From the NCBI GenBank assembly GCA_040753435.1, contig JBFMEN010000058.1, positions 18,817 to 82,816 of the forward strand: a stretch of 64,000 nt of DNA, given 5' to 3'. Every line of letters begins with the position of its first letter. The stretch's first letter is position 1. Shown piece after piece: positions 27,679-37,280 of the stretch. The stretch comes from Candidatus Omnitrophota bacterium. GTDB lineage: Bacteria > Omnitrophota > Gorgyraeia > Zapsychrales > JANLHA01. The translations under genes were made by a program, and so were the position numbers. The notes under the pieces were generated by a model. That model worked only from the letters and a program-made list of their open reading frames with translations. It ran no database searches and was not told the DNA's origin.

Positions 27679-28386
27679 ATGAAGATCAACAATGAAATGC
27701 GAATCGGTATATTTTTTGTTTCCGTCATAATTATTCTTGGAATATTGACTTGGCGCGCCGGCGATATCAAAATTCGAAACGGCGGCTATGAGGTCATGGT
27801 GCATTTCAAAAATATCGATGGGGTTGCCCTCAATGCTCCTGTCACAGTTAACGGACTTGAGGTCGGGAGGGTTTCCGGTATCAATATCCTTTATGGGCAA
27901 GAGACTATTATGCAGGTGAAATTATGGATGCAGGATCATGTCAAACTTCATGAAGGAGCGCAGGCTTTTATTAAAAATCTGGGGTTTCTGGGAGAAAAAT
28001 ATGTCGGGCTGACAACGGGTGATGACACAAAGGCTTTTTTAAAGCCCGGCTCGATCATCCGGGGGGATGAGCCTCCGAGTTTTGAAAAACTTTTAAGCCA
28101 GGGAGACAAGATCGCCCTTAATCTGGAAAGCATTTCCACTCAGCTTGACGAACGTCTCAAGAATAACGCCCGGTCCATCGACAGCATTATCCTGAATCTT
28201 GACACGACTGTAAAAGACTTTGCCTCGATTTCGGCAATTATAAAAGAGAGACTGGAAAATAACGGGGGTTCTATCGACGAGATTGTCTCTAACGTTAATA
28301 TGGCCACCAAGAATCTGGAGGAGATGAGTTTTGATTTGAAGGAAAATCCGTGGAAACTTTTATATAAAGGCAAGCCAAGAAAATGA
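27679..28386 (+). CDS. mlaD: MCE/MlaD-family protein
   Basis: N-terminal TM, VTVNGLEVGRV, GFLGEKYV, helical tail ending ENPWKLL. Confidence 0.9.
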   Translation: MKINNEMRIGIFFVSVIIILGILTWRAGDIKIRNGGYEVMVHFKNIDGVALNAPVTVNGLEVGRVSGINILYGQETIMQVKLWMQDHVKLHEGAQAFIKNLGFLGEKYVGLTTGDDTKAFLKPGSIIRGDEPPSFEKLLSQGDKIALNLESISTQLDERLKNNARSIDSIILNLDTTVKDFASISAIIKERLENNGGSIDEIVSNVNMATKNLEEMSFDLKENPWKLLYKGKPRK

Positions 28387-28571
28387 AAATGAATTATCAT
28401 TGCCCTGTTTGCCGCATGGATTTTAACAGCGACTTTGAGGATTATATCCATCATGTGGAATCTGAAATCGTTGAATTGATTAAGCGTGATCATCCGGAAT
28501 GGTCGATTTCTGATGGAACTTGTCCCAAGTGCTATAAGTATTATAAAAAGGAATTACGTGGAGAATCTTAA
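28383..28571 (+). CDS. small Cys/His (putative Zn-binding) protein
   Basis: CPVC...HH...HPEW..DGTCPKC; ATGA overlap with mlaD stop. Confidence 0.7.
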   Translation: MKMNYHCPVCRMDFNSDFEDYIHHVESEIVELIKRDHPEWSISDGTCPKCYKYYKKELRGES

Positions 28572-28588
28572 ACTGACTGGAGGGAGCG

Positions 28589-29422
28589 ATGAAAAGTGTG
28601 ATGAAAATAATTAAGTGGATCTTGATTGTTGTGCTGGTTTTGATTGTCATTCTGCTGATTGGGCGGAATGTTATTGTGAAACAAGTCGCCAAATTTGTGG
28701 TCAGCGCCAAAACAGATCTGAGCATGGACATTCAGAAGCTTGATATTGGGCTTTTTTCTTCCCATCTGGATGTTCAGGGTCTTAAAATCTATAACCCTCA
28801 AGGGTTCCAGGATCCGGTTATGCTGGACCTTCCAAGGTTGTACATTGATTATAATTTATCTGAGATTATCGGAGGTAAATTACACCTGCCGGTTGTTATT
28901 TTTCATTTGAATGAGTTCGTACTCATTAAGCAGGCCGACGGCACCTCGAATATTGATTCCCTGAAAGAGTTCGGCGGCAAGGAGAAACCCGCTGAACCTG
29001 AACCTGTCGCAAAGCCGGAGGAAGGGAAAGAGCCGATGGATTTTCAAATCGATCAGCTTGATCTTAAAATCGGCAAGGTTGTGCTTAAAGAGTATTCGGG
29101 CAAAGCGAAGCCTTCCGTTAATGTTTATGATATTAACCTGGAGCAGCGGTATGAGAACGTTATCAGCACGCGCAGGTTTGTGACCGCACTGCTTCTGGAG
29201 CACATGAATCAGTTTGTTCTTCAGGCGATCCAAAACGTCGGGCTGGATGAGGTCAGAGGGCTTTTGGGTGATTCCGTTGATGCGATTGGGAAATTCGGGA
29301 AAGAGGCGGTTAATGCGGTAACCGGCGTCGGTAAAGGAGCCATCGGAGAAGCAGAAAAGATTTTAAAAGGTACGAAAGAAGGCCTTGAAAATATTATTAA
29401 GTTGCCTTTTGGCGGTAAGTAA
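28589..29422 (+). CDS. AsmA-family (N-terminal) domain protein
   Basis: N-terminal TM; GLKIYNPQGF, DGTSNI, IDQLDLKIGKV; SD GGAGGGAG. Confidence 0.7.
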   Translation: MKSVMKIIKWILIVVLVLIVILLIGRNVIVKQVAKFVVSAKTDLSMDIQKLDIGLFSSHLDVQGLKIYNPQGFQDPVMLDLPRLYIDYNLSEIIGGKLHLPVVIFHLNEFVLIKQADGTSNIDSLKEFGGKEKPAEPEPVAKPEEGKEPMDFQIDQLDLKIGKVVLKEYSGKAKPSVNVYDINLEQRYENVISTRRFVTALLLEHMNQFVLQAIQNVGLDEVRGLLGDSVDAIGKFGKEAVNAVTGVGKGAIGEAEKILKGTKEGLENIIKLPFGGK

Positions 29423-29424
29423 TA

Positions 29425-30099
29425 ATGAATTTAACAGGAAGTTTTACTGATTTATTTATTGTTTTCACCGCCGGGGTTATCGTTTCATTCACTCCGTGCG
29501 TTTATCCTGTTATGCCGTTGACGGCTGCTTTTATCGCCAGGGCCAATACCACCGGAAGCCATATTCGCGCATTTTTTCTTTCCCTGGTCTTTGTTTCAGG
29601 TCTTGCTGTTACTTACAGCATTTTTGGCATCGGCGCGGCCTTGGCGGGAAAGGTTTTCGGCCAATTCCAGAACCAGCCGTGGATGTACGGGATCATTTCG
29701 GCCCTGCTGTTGTTTTTTGCGTTGATCACCCTCGATATTTTGTCGCTGCCTTATTTCGGCCTTTCCATCCAGAGCAGGATTAAACCAGGGAATATATGGG
29801 CTGTCCTTTTGTTTGGAGCAACCTCTGGCCTTGTCGTGGGTCCCTGCACAGCGCCGATTCTTGGAACAATCCTGATTTATATCGCGGCAAGAGAAAATTT
29901 TTATTATGGCGCTTTCCTGATGCTTTTGTTTTCGTATGGCGTCGGGTTTTCATTGATCCTTGTCGGAACCTTTAGCGGAGCATTGTCGATTTTGCCAAAA
30001 ACAGGCCCTTGGATGATTCAGGTCAAGCATGTGAGCGGATTTATCATTCTCGCGGCTGCATCCTGGTTCTTTTTAAAAGCAATTGGAATAATTATTTAA
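29425..30099 (+). CDS. CcdA/DsbD-beta transmembrane disulfide reductase
   Basis: SFTPCVYP and GPCTAP redox Cys motifs; LPKTGPWM. Confidence 0.88.
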   Translation: MNLTGSFTDLFIVFTAGVIVSFTPCVYPVMPLTAAFIARANTTGSHIRAFFLSLVFVSGLAVTYSIFGIGAALAGKVFGQFQNQPWMYGIISALLLFFALITLDILSLPYFGLSIQSRIKPGNIWAVLLFGATSGLVVGPCTAPILGTILIYIAARENFYYGAFLMLLFSYGVGFSLILVGTFSGALSILPKTGPWMIQVKHVSGFIILAAASWFFLKAIGIII

Positions 30100-30100
30100 C

Positions 30101-30180
30101 GTTTAGGGTTTGGTTTTTTATGAATCATAAATGCAAAAGAACGGGGTCATTTTTTAAACCATAAGCGCTAAACCACAAAC
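30101..30180. repeat. heptamer-repeat inverted element (unit GTTTAGn/nCTAAAC)
   Basis: GTTTAGG-GTTTGGT ... TTTAAAC-CATAAGC-GCTAAAC-CACAAAC. Confidence 0.6.
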
Positions 30181-30186
30181 ATTTTT

Positions 30187-31470
30187 ATGATATACTTCGC
30201 GGACCTTCATATACATTCCAGATACTCGAGAGCGACCTCAAAAAGTTTGGATCTTGAGGAGCTGGCTTATTGGGCCCGACTGAAGGGGATCCAGGTGATC
30301 GGGACGGGGGACTGCCTTCATCCGGAATGGATGAAAGAGCTGAAAACCAGACTTGAACCCGCGGAACCAGGTCTTTTCAAATTGAAGTCTGCGTATGAAC
30401 GTGATGTGAAACGAAGGTTGCCGGCTGCTTGCCAGGGTGAGGTTAGATTCTTGCTGTCGACGGAGATATCAAGCATTTATAAAAAAGATAATAAAGTCAG
30501 AAAAGTTCATAATGTTTTGTTTTTTCCATCATTTGAAATAGCTGACAATGTCTTCAAGCGCCTGGATCGGATCGGGAATTTACATTCCGATGGAAGACCC
30601 ATCCTGGGGCTGGACGCCAGGGATTTGCTTGAGATCGTTTTGGAAGCAGACGCTTCAAACGTTCTGGTTCCGGCGCACATCTGGACTCCATGGTTTTCAG
30701 TTCTCGGCTCAAAGAGCGGATTTGATTCCATTGAAGAATGTTTTGAGGACCTGACTACCTGTATTTTTGCCCTGGAGACAGGGCTGTCTTCAGACCCATT
30801 GATGAACTGGCGGTTGAGCAAGCTTGATGCCTTCGTCATGATGTCGAATTCCGACGCTCATTCGGCGCCCAATCTTGGACGCGAATCAACGATGTTTGAT
30901 ACAGACCTTTCTTATCCGGCCATGATGGACGCGATGAGAAACAATTCAAAGGGACTTGCGGGAACGGTTGAGTTTTTTCCCGAGGAAGGGAAATATCATT
31001 ATGACGGCCATCGCGCCTGTCACTGCCGGCTCCATCCAAAAGAAACGATTGTTCATAAAGGAGTTTGCCCGGTCTGCGGTCAAGGCGTTACGGTCGGGGT
31101 CATGACCAGGGTTGAAGAACTTGCGGACCATCCCGAGGGCCGGAAATCTCCGCGCGGGCGTCCTTATTACAGTTTGATCCCTTTGCCTGAAATTATAGGC
31201 GCGGCCCGCGGCATGGGTGTCGGCTCTAAATCCGTCCAGGAGACGTATGAGACCGCGCTTCGGGAACTTGGCCCGGAAATGAAGATTTTGATGGAACTTC
31301 CGATTGAAGCTATCGGCGAGGTTACGGGTGGGTTGATTGCCGAAGGCGTCAATCGAGTTCGCCAGGGCAAGGTGAGTATTGCCGCCGGATATGACGGCGA
31401 ATACGGGACCATTAATATTTTTTCTGAACAGGAGAGACAAGGGTCAAAAGGACAGATGACCCTTTTTTAG
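30187..31470 (+). CDS. endonuclease Q family (PHP domain plus Zn finger)
   Basis: DLHIHSRYS, GTGD, HIWTPWFS, ETGLSSD, NSDAHS, GKYHYDGHRAC..CPVCG, GYDGEYG; ends GQMTLF. Confidence 0.88.
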   Translation: MIYFADLHIHSRYSRATSKSLDLEELAYWARLKGIQVIGTGDCLHPEWMKELKTRLEPAEPGLFKLKSAYERDVKRRLPAACQGEVRFLLSTEISSIYKKDNKVRKVHNVLFFPSFEIADNVFKRLDRIGNLHSDGRPILGLDARDLLEIVLEADASNVLVPAHIWTPWFSVLGSKSGFDSIEECFEDLTTCIFALETGLSSDPLMNWRLSKLDAFVMMSNSDAHSAPNLGRESTMFDTDLSYPAMMDAMRNNSKGLAGTVEFFPEEGKYHYDGHRACHCRLHPKETIVHKGVCPVCGQGVTVGVMTRVEELADHPEGRKSPRGRPYYSLIPLPEIIGAARGMGVGSKSVQETYETALRELGPEMKILMELPIEAIGEVTGGLIAEGVNRVRQGKVSIAAGYDGEYGTINIFSEQERQGSKGQMTLF

Positions 31471-31490
31471 TTTTTATTCCCGTTTGTTTA

Positions 31491-31634
31491 ATTAAACTCT
31501 AAGCGCTAAACCCGGGATTCTAAACAATTTCAAAATTAGAAATTCAAGATCCGAGCTTTTTATTTTTGATTAAGTTCCGGTCATTGGGTTTTCAGCATTT
31601 GCTATTGTTTAGGGTTTAGAGTCCCTGGTTTAGA
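31491..31634. repeat. heptamer-repeat inverted hairpin (unit nCTAAAC/GTTTAGn)
   Basis: ATTAAAC-TCTAAGC-GCTAAAC-CCGGGAT-TCTAAAC ... GTTTAGG-GTTTAGA-GTCCCTG-GTTTAGA. Confidence 0.75.
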
Positions 31635-31651
31635 GATTGTGTAATAATTTT

Positions 31652-33163
31652 ATGTTTACAGACCTGAATGAAGATCAGTTGAAGGCTGTTCACAGTCAGG
31701 CGCGAAGTCTGTTGATTGTCGCCGGTCCGGGGACCGGTAAAACCCACACGCTAGTCCGGCGGATCCTGTCCAGGATTCATGCCCTCCCGCCAGCGACGAG
31801 AATTTCGGCGATCACGTTTACAAATAAATCCACGGATGAGATGCGCACGCGCCTGGCCTCGCAAATTTCTGATATGAATAAAATTTTTATCGGGACTTTT
31901 CATCAGTTCTGTTTAATGATCCTGAAAGATTATTTCAACATTTCATTTGCCGTCATTGACAGGGAGGCATGTGAGACCCTGACCGGTTCCATTTGGCCAG
32001 AGTTTCCTATGTCCCGGCGCAAACGAAATCTGGAAGAGATTTCGCGCTGGAAGAACACATCTTTTGATGATCAAATTCCGCCCCTGGTTCATCAATATCA
32101 ACAGGCACTGCGCGCGGGAAAACAGTATGATTTTGATGATCTGCTGTTGGAAACGCTGATCCGTTTGCGAGAAGATCATGACGTGCTTGAACGGGTCAGA
32201 AAAGATTTTTATGATGTGTACATTGATGAGTACCAGGATATCAATTTGCTGCAGCATGAACTGTTGGTCCTGTTGATCGGAGACGATCAATCTATTACTG
32301 CGATCGGTGATCCTGATCAGGCAATTTATGGTTTCCGCGGTTCGGATGTTAAATTTTTTCATTCCTTTACGAAAGACTTCCCCGATGCCGAAGTCCTTTA
32401 TTTGCGCCGCAATTATCGTAACGCATCCGATCTTTTGTCAGCTTCAAGACAGATCATTAAAGTCAGCGGATATCGGGATATCCCCGCCCAGGTCGCATCT
32501 ATTTATCAAAAAGGAAGCCTGGTTATACATTCCGCATTGACGGATAAGGCCGAAGCCGAGTTTATTGTTCATTCGATTGAGAAAATGACCGGCGGAATCA
32601 GCATGTTTTCCCGGGATTCACAAAGAGTCGGGGAGGACGATGAGGGGAAATTTTCTTTCGGCGATATTGCTGTTCTATTTCGCTTGAAAAGCCAGGCGAG
32701 AGAATCGATCAAGGCCCTGGAGAGAAGCGGAATTCCCTTCCATTTTAATGGTCTTATTCGAGAGAATGGGATGGATATCGACGATGATCTTTTTGATCAG
32801 CACTTTGAGGAGGGCGGTTATCAACCGGAAAAGATTTCGTTGATGACTCTGCATGCATCCAAGGGGCTGGAATTTCCTTGTGTGTTTATTTGTGGCTGTG
32901 AAAAGGGCCTGATGCCTTTGAATTTGCTGAAAATGAAATCTGACGATGAGGAGGAGCGGCGGCTTTTTTACGTCGGAATGACGCGGGCGAAAGAACGCTT
33001 GATTTTTACACATGCAAAAAAAAGAATGCTTTATGGAAAGACCTTAAATCCCGAACCTTCCCCATATCTTCAAGATATCGAGGAATCGCTAAAGAATTAT
33101 ACAGCGTCTCAATATTTAAAGAAAAAACAGAAGGCCGATGACGGGCAGATGACTCTTTTTTAA
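31652..33163 (+). CDS. UvrD/PcrA-family SF1 helicase (compact)
   Basis: LNEDQ, AGPGTGKT, DEYQD, GDPDQAIYGFRG, NYR, TLHASKGLEF, EERRLFYVGMTRAK; ends GQMTLF. Confidence 0.92.
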   Translation: MFTDLNEDQLKAVHSQARSLLIVAGPGTGKTHTLVRRILSRIHALPPATRISAITFTNKSTDEMRTRLASQISDMNKIFIGTFHQFCLMILKDYFNISFAVIDREACETLTGSIWPEFPMSRRKRNLEEISRWKNTSFDDQIPPLVHQYQQALRAGKQYDFDDLLLETLIRLREDHDVLERVRKDFYDVYIDEYQDINLLQHELLVLLIGDDQSITAIGDPDQAIYGFRGSDVKFFHSFTKDFPDAEVLYLRRNYRNASDLLSASRQIIKVSGYRDIPAQVASIYQKGSLVIHSALTDKAEAEFIVHSIEKMTGGISMFSRDSQRVGEDDEGKFSFGDIAVLFRLKSQARESIKALERSGIPFHFNGLIRENGMDIDDDLFDQHFEEGGYQPEKISLMTLHASKGLEFPCVFICGCEKGLMPLNLLKMKSDDEEERRLFYVGMTRAKERLIFTHAKKRMLYGKTLNPEPSPYLQDIEESLKNYTASQYLKKKQKADDGQMTLF

Positions 33164-33239
33164 AGCCACAAGTCGCCGGGCCGCATGTTTATGTCACGAG
33201 AATAAAATAATTTTACGTTTGTTCTTGTGACCAGTGACT
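33164..33239. repeat. degenerate heptamer hairpin between convergent genes (unit ~GTCACAA/TTGTGAC)
   Basis: AGCCACA-AGTCGCC..TGTCACG ... TTGTGAC-CAGTGAC. Confidence 0.4.
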
Positions 33240-34109
33240 TTACTTGATTTCGTTTAGAATGTCCGCGGCAGGATAATATTTGTTGAGTGTGTAGAAGTGG
33301 ATTCCGGGCGCCCCTCCCGCCAGCAGGTCCTTGCATTGTTCTATGGCAAAAGCCTTGCCAGCTTCAAGGGTTTTCTCAGGGTCATGCTGAATTGGTTCGA
33401 AGATCTCTTTTATACGGGGGGGAATGGTAATATGGTCATGTTTTGAAAATTCCTGCAGCCGTTCGTAATTCGCAATGGGAAGAACCCCTGGAATGATTCT
33501 CGCCGTCACCCCGATATCCGTCAATCTCCGGACATAATTAAAATAAAATTGATTATCCAGAAAAAATTGAGTGATAACAAAGTCACCACCCTGGGCGAGT
33601 TTGTTCTTTAGAAAGAAGGCATCTTTTTCCAGACTTGGAGCCAATGGGTGTCCTTCTGGGAAACCGGCTACTCCAATTCCAAAATGATCGCCAAAGTTAT
33701 GTCTGATAAAGGAGCAAAGCTCGTAACTGAAGCGGAAGTTCTCGGGTCCAGGGGTCCAGCCGGGATATTCTTTGGGCGGATCACCGCGGAGAGCCAGAAT
33801 ATTACGAATTCCTCTTTTTTCGATATCTTCAATGATCGTTTTAATCTGGTTGCGTGTATTAAGCACGCATGTAAGATGGGCAACAGCCGGTATACCAAAC
33901 TGGTCCTGGACATGTTGGGCGATTTCAAATGTTTTATCGCGGTTACCTCCGCCAGCGCCATAAGTACAGGAAATAAAATCTGGTTTCAACTCAGCCATTT
34001 GACCGATTGTCGCCAAAAGATTCTCATAGCCCTTTTCTGTTTTTGGGGGGAAGAATTCGAATGAAAAGGTCCTTGATTTTTTGCTGAATATTGTTGTTAG
34101 TTTTTCCAT
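33240..34109 (-). CDS. metF: 5,10-methylenetetrahydrofolate reductase
   Basis: SFEFFPPK, TYGAGG, AHLTC, LALRGDPP, FPEGH, ITQFF, HFYTLN. Confidence 0.95.
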   Translation of the reverse strand: MEKLTTIFSKKSRTFSFEFFPPKTEKGYENLLATIGQMAELKPDFISCTYGAGGGNRDKTFEIAQHVQDQFGIPAVAHLTCVLNTRNQIKTIIEDIEKRGIRNILALRGDPPKEYPGWTPGPENFRFSYELCSFIRHNFGDHFGIGVAGFPEGHPLAPSLEKDAFFLKNKLAQGGDFVITQFFLDNQFYFNYVRRLTDIGVTARIIPGVLPIANYERLQEFSKHDHITIPPRIKEIFEPIQHDPEKTLEAGKAFAIEQCKDLLAGGAPGIHFYTLNKYYPAADILNEIK

Positions 34110-34228
34110 AGAAATTTAATAAAACCGTTGTGAATTGGGAACATTATAGCATGCTTTTATCATATGTATAATACATATATACATATTTTTAAATTATGAT
34201 AAGATAAAAAACATTATAGGAGATTATT

Positions 34229-35305
34229 ATGTCTGATTGTGTGTTGGTTACAGGAGCATCCGGATTGATCGGGTCCCAAACTGTAGAGTTTTTTGCGGAA
34301 AAAGGATTCAAAGTCATTGGTATTGATAATGATATGCGCGCTTATTTCTTTGGTCCCGATGGCTCGACCTTATGGCGAAAAGTTGAACTTCAGAAGAAGT
34401 TTTCATCCTATGAACATCATGGTATTGATATTCGCGACAATGAGCAGTTAAAACATGTCTTTGAAGACTTTTCAGGAAACATCAAACTTATTGTCCATAC
34501 AGCCGCACAGCCTTCCCATGACTGGGCCGCGAGGGAGCCTTTGACTGATTTTGGGATTAATGCCTTCGCAACTCTCAACCTTCTTGAACTCACCCGCAAA
34601 CATTGCCCCAGGGCAATATTTATTTTCACCAGCACAAACAAAGTTTATGGAGATACCCCGAATTTTTTGCCATTGATAGAAAAGGAAACGCGTTGGGAGT
34701 TACCGGAAGGTCACCGATTTTTTGATGGAATTGACGAGACCATGAGCATTGATCAAAGCAAACATTCATTATTTGGGGCTTCGAAAGTGGCAGGGGATAT
34801 CCTTGTTCAGGAATATGGGAGATATTTCGGGATGAAAACAGCTTGTTTTCGGGGGGGATGTCTCACCGGTCCGAATCATTCAGGGGCGGAACTTCATGGG
34901 TTTTTATCCTATTTAATGAAATGTTGCGTTGAAAACCGTGTTTACAAAATTTTCGGCTATAAAGGCAAACAGGTTCGAGACAATATCCACTCTTTTGATT
35001 TAGTGAATGCTTTTTGGCATTTTTATCAAAATCCCAGGGAGGGTGAGGTTTATAATAGAGGCGGAGGCCGGGCCAACAGTTGTTCTATTCAAGAGGCAGT
35101 GGCCATTTGTGAAGAGGTTTCCGGGAAAAAACTCCGGACGGAATATGTGGAAACAAACCGTTCAGGAGATCATATCTGGTATATCTCGTCTTTGAGAAAA
35201 TTCATCAATCATTATCCCGGTTGGAGCATCACCATTAATCTAAAGGAGATATTGAAACAAATCCACATGCAGCTATCGAATGACAGCGAAAGGGAAAGAT
35301 TATGA
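34229..35305 (+). CDS. NAD-dependent sugar epimerase (CDP-paratose-2-epimerase-like)
   Basis: [37 protein letters not shown]. Confidence 0.85.
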   Translation: MSDCVLVTGASGLIGSQTVEFFAEKGFKVIGIDNDMRAYFFGPDGSTLWRKVELQKKFSSYEHHGIDIRDNEQLKHVFEDFSGNIKLIVHTAAQPSHDWAAREPLTDFGINAFATLNLLELTRKHCPRAIFIFTSTNKVYGDTPNFLPLIEKETRWELPEGHRFFDGIDETMSIDQSKHSLFGASKVAGDILVQEYGRYFGMKTACFRGGCLTGPNHSGAELHGFLSYLMKCCVENRVYKIFGYKGKQVRDNIHSFDLVNAFWHFYQNPREGEVYNRGGGRANSCSIQEAVAICEEVSGKKLRTEYVETNRSGDHIWYISSLRKFINHYPGWSITINLKEILKQIHMQLSNDSERERL

Positions 35306-36243
35306 TTCATCATGAGGACAAAATCTATGTAGCCGGCCATCGGGGGATGGTTGGATCGGGTTTGGTCCGATTGCTTCATGAACGCGGCTTTCAAAACCTT
35401 GTCCTTAAAACCCATGAGGAGCTTGATTTATGTGACCAGAAAGCTGTGGCGGAATTTATGGCGCAAGAGAGACCCGATGTCGTGATTCTTGCCGCCGCTC
35501 GTGTCGGCGGTATCAAAGAGAATATGACCCACCTGGCCGAATTTCTTTACCAGAATTTGATGATTGAGACGAATGTGATCCACCAGTCGTATTTGAATGA
35601 TGTCCGCAAGCTTTGTTTTTTGGGAAGTTCGTGCATCTATCCCCGCGAATGCCCTCAGCCGATTAAGGAAGAATATTTAATGACCGGGCCGCTGGAACCG
35701 ACGAATGAGGGTTATGCTATCGCTAAGATCGCCGGAATGAAAATGGTCGAATTCTATCGTCGTCAATACCATCTCCAATGGATAAGCATCATGCCTTGTA
35801 ATTTATATGGCACGAATGACTCTTTTGATCTGGAAAGATCCCACGTGTTGTCGGCTTTGGTGAAAAAATTTGTGGATGCGGTCGATGACGGGAAAGAGGT
35901 TGTTGAAGTCTGGGGAACCGGTGCGGCCTTAAGGGAGTTTTTGCATGTTGATGACGCCGCAGATGGGATTTTATTTATTATGGATAATTATGATGGGGAC
36001 AAGACCATTAATTTGGGAAGCGGAACAGAAATCTCAATCAAGAATTTGGTGGATTTAGTAAAGATTTTAAGCGGTTATCAGGGCGGGATTCATTGGGATA
36101 ATGAAAAACCAGACGGAATGCTGCGGAAATGTATGGATGTTTCCCGGTTGAAATCTTTGGGGTGGAGACCGAAGATTTCTCTGGAGCAGGGAATCGAAAG
36201 AACGATTAAAGAGTACCGCCGGTTAAAAACCGTAAAGCAATAA
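35302..36243 (+). CDS. fcl: GDP-L-fucose synthase
   Basis: [47 protein letters not shown]. Confidence 0.93.
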   Translation: MIHHEDKIYVAGHRGMVGSGLVRLLHERGFQNLVLKTHEELDLCDQKAVAEFMAQERPDVVILAAARVGGIKENMTHLAEFLYQNLMIETNVIHQSYLNDVRKLCFLGSSCIYPRECPQPIKEEYLMTGPLEPTNEGYAIAKIAGMKMVEFYRRQYHLQWISIMPCNLYGTNDSFDLERSHVLSALVKKFVDAVDDGKEVVEVWGTGAALREFLHVDDAADGILFIMDNYDGDKTINLGSGTEISIKNLVDLVKILSGYQGGIHWDNEKPDGMLRKCMDVSRLKSLGWRPKISLEQGIERTIKEYRRLKTVKQ

Positions 36244-36258
36244 AGGAAGGCGTGTCAC

Positions 36259-37026
36259 ATGGATGAACGGAAGCGGGTTAGGGTTCTTGATATTTTGGTG
36301 GATGTGATTGATATGGATATTGCAATTGATCGTGTTGAATCATGGATCAGGCAGAGAAAGAAAAGCTATATTTGTGTGGTTCCGGTTTCGACGATCGTTG
36401 AAGCTGTTGATGATAAGGATTATCGCCGGATTATCAACAATGCGGATATGGTCACGCCTGATGGAATGCCTATTGTCTGGAGCGGCCGGTTTAAAGGACA
36501 TTCGAAGATCAAAAGGGTCTGCGGCCCTGATTTTATGAAGAAAATCTGCAAGGATCCTTGTCTTGCTCACTGGAAACATTTTTTTCTTGGGACGACCCCG
36601 GCTACTTTAAAAAGGCTTGAGCGTAAACTCCGCCAATGGAATCCCGATATCCAGGTATGCGGTTCTTATGCCCCACCCGTTGACGAAAAAGCCCGGGCTG
36701 AAGATGAAAGCATTATTGCGCAAATTAACGGGGTCCAGCCCGACATTTTATGGGTGGGGATGGGCGCGCCCAAACAGGATTACTGGATGAAGCTGAATCG
36801 TGAACGGCTTGATGTTCCGGTGATGATTGGAGTGGGAGCCGCTTTTGATTTTCTGGCCGGGGTCAAGCCACGTGCGCCTGAATGGATGCAGCGAATCGGC
36901 ATGGAATGGTTTTTCCGCCTGTGTTGTGAGCCGAGAAGATTATGGCGGCGTTATGTCATTGGAAATGCAAGATTTTGTTTTGAAATGTTTAAAGAAATCT
37001 TCAGATTGAGGAACGTTAAGTCATAA
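36259..37026 (+). CDS. WecG/TagA/CpsF (GT26) glycosyltransferase
   Basis: PDGMP, RVCGPD, GMGAPKQD, GVGAAFDF, RAP..EWFFRL..EPRRL. Confidence 0.92.
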   Translation: MDERKRVRVLDILVDVIDMDIAIDRVESWIRQRKKSYICVVPVSTIVEAVDDKDYRRIINNADMVTPDGMPIVWSGRFKGHSKIKRVCGPDFMKKICKDPCLAHWKHFFLGTTPATLKRLERKLRQWNPDIQVCGSYAPPVDEKARAEDESIIAQINGVQPDILWVGMGAPKQDYWMKLNRERLDVPVMIGVGAAFDFLAGVKPRAPEWMQRIGMEWFFRLCCEPRRLWRRYVIGNARFCFEMFKEIFRLRNVKS

Positions 37027-37280
37027 ATAACGGTATGAATAGTAATTCTGATTTACACCATCCCATGGGAAGTTTCCGTTACAAGAAAAATCCGGCGATA
37101 CCGGAAACCGGTATGTGCGTTTGAAGTTTTGATCCATATGATGATAAATCATTTGGGTAAAGTCAGGGGCTGCGTCCGTTTTGATCCGGAAAGGGTTGGT
37201 GATTTTTGGGGAGTTCCTGAGGCGCGCCAGATTATTATTTTTATCGATTGTTTTTAACCGCGACGAGAAAGGTGGGAAGA

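Noticed and set aside
31607-31620. TTTAGGG telomere-like motif
   Set aside because: Only 1-2 units, part of the local heptamer hairpin; no sign of eukaryotic sequence.
34162-34178. ATATGTAT-A-ATACATAT palindrome in the metF/glycan divergent promoter
   Set aside because: Very AT-rich context makes a chance palindrome likely; no regulator can be assigned.
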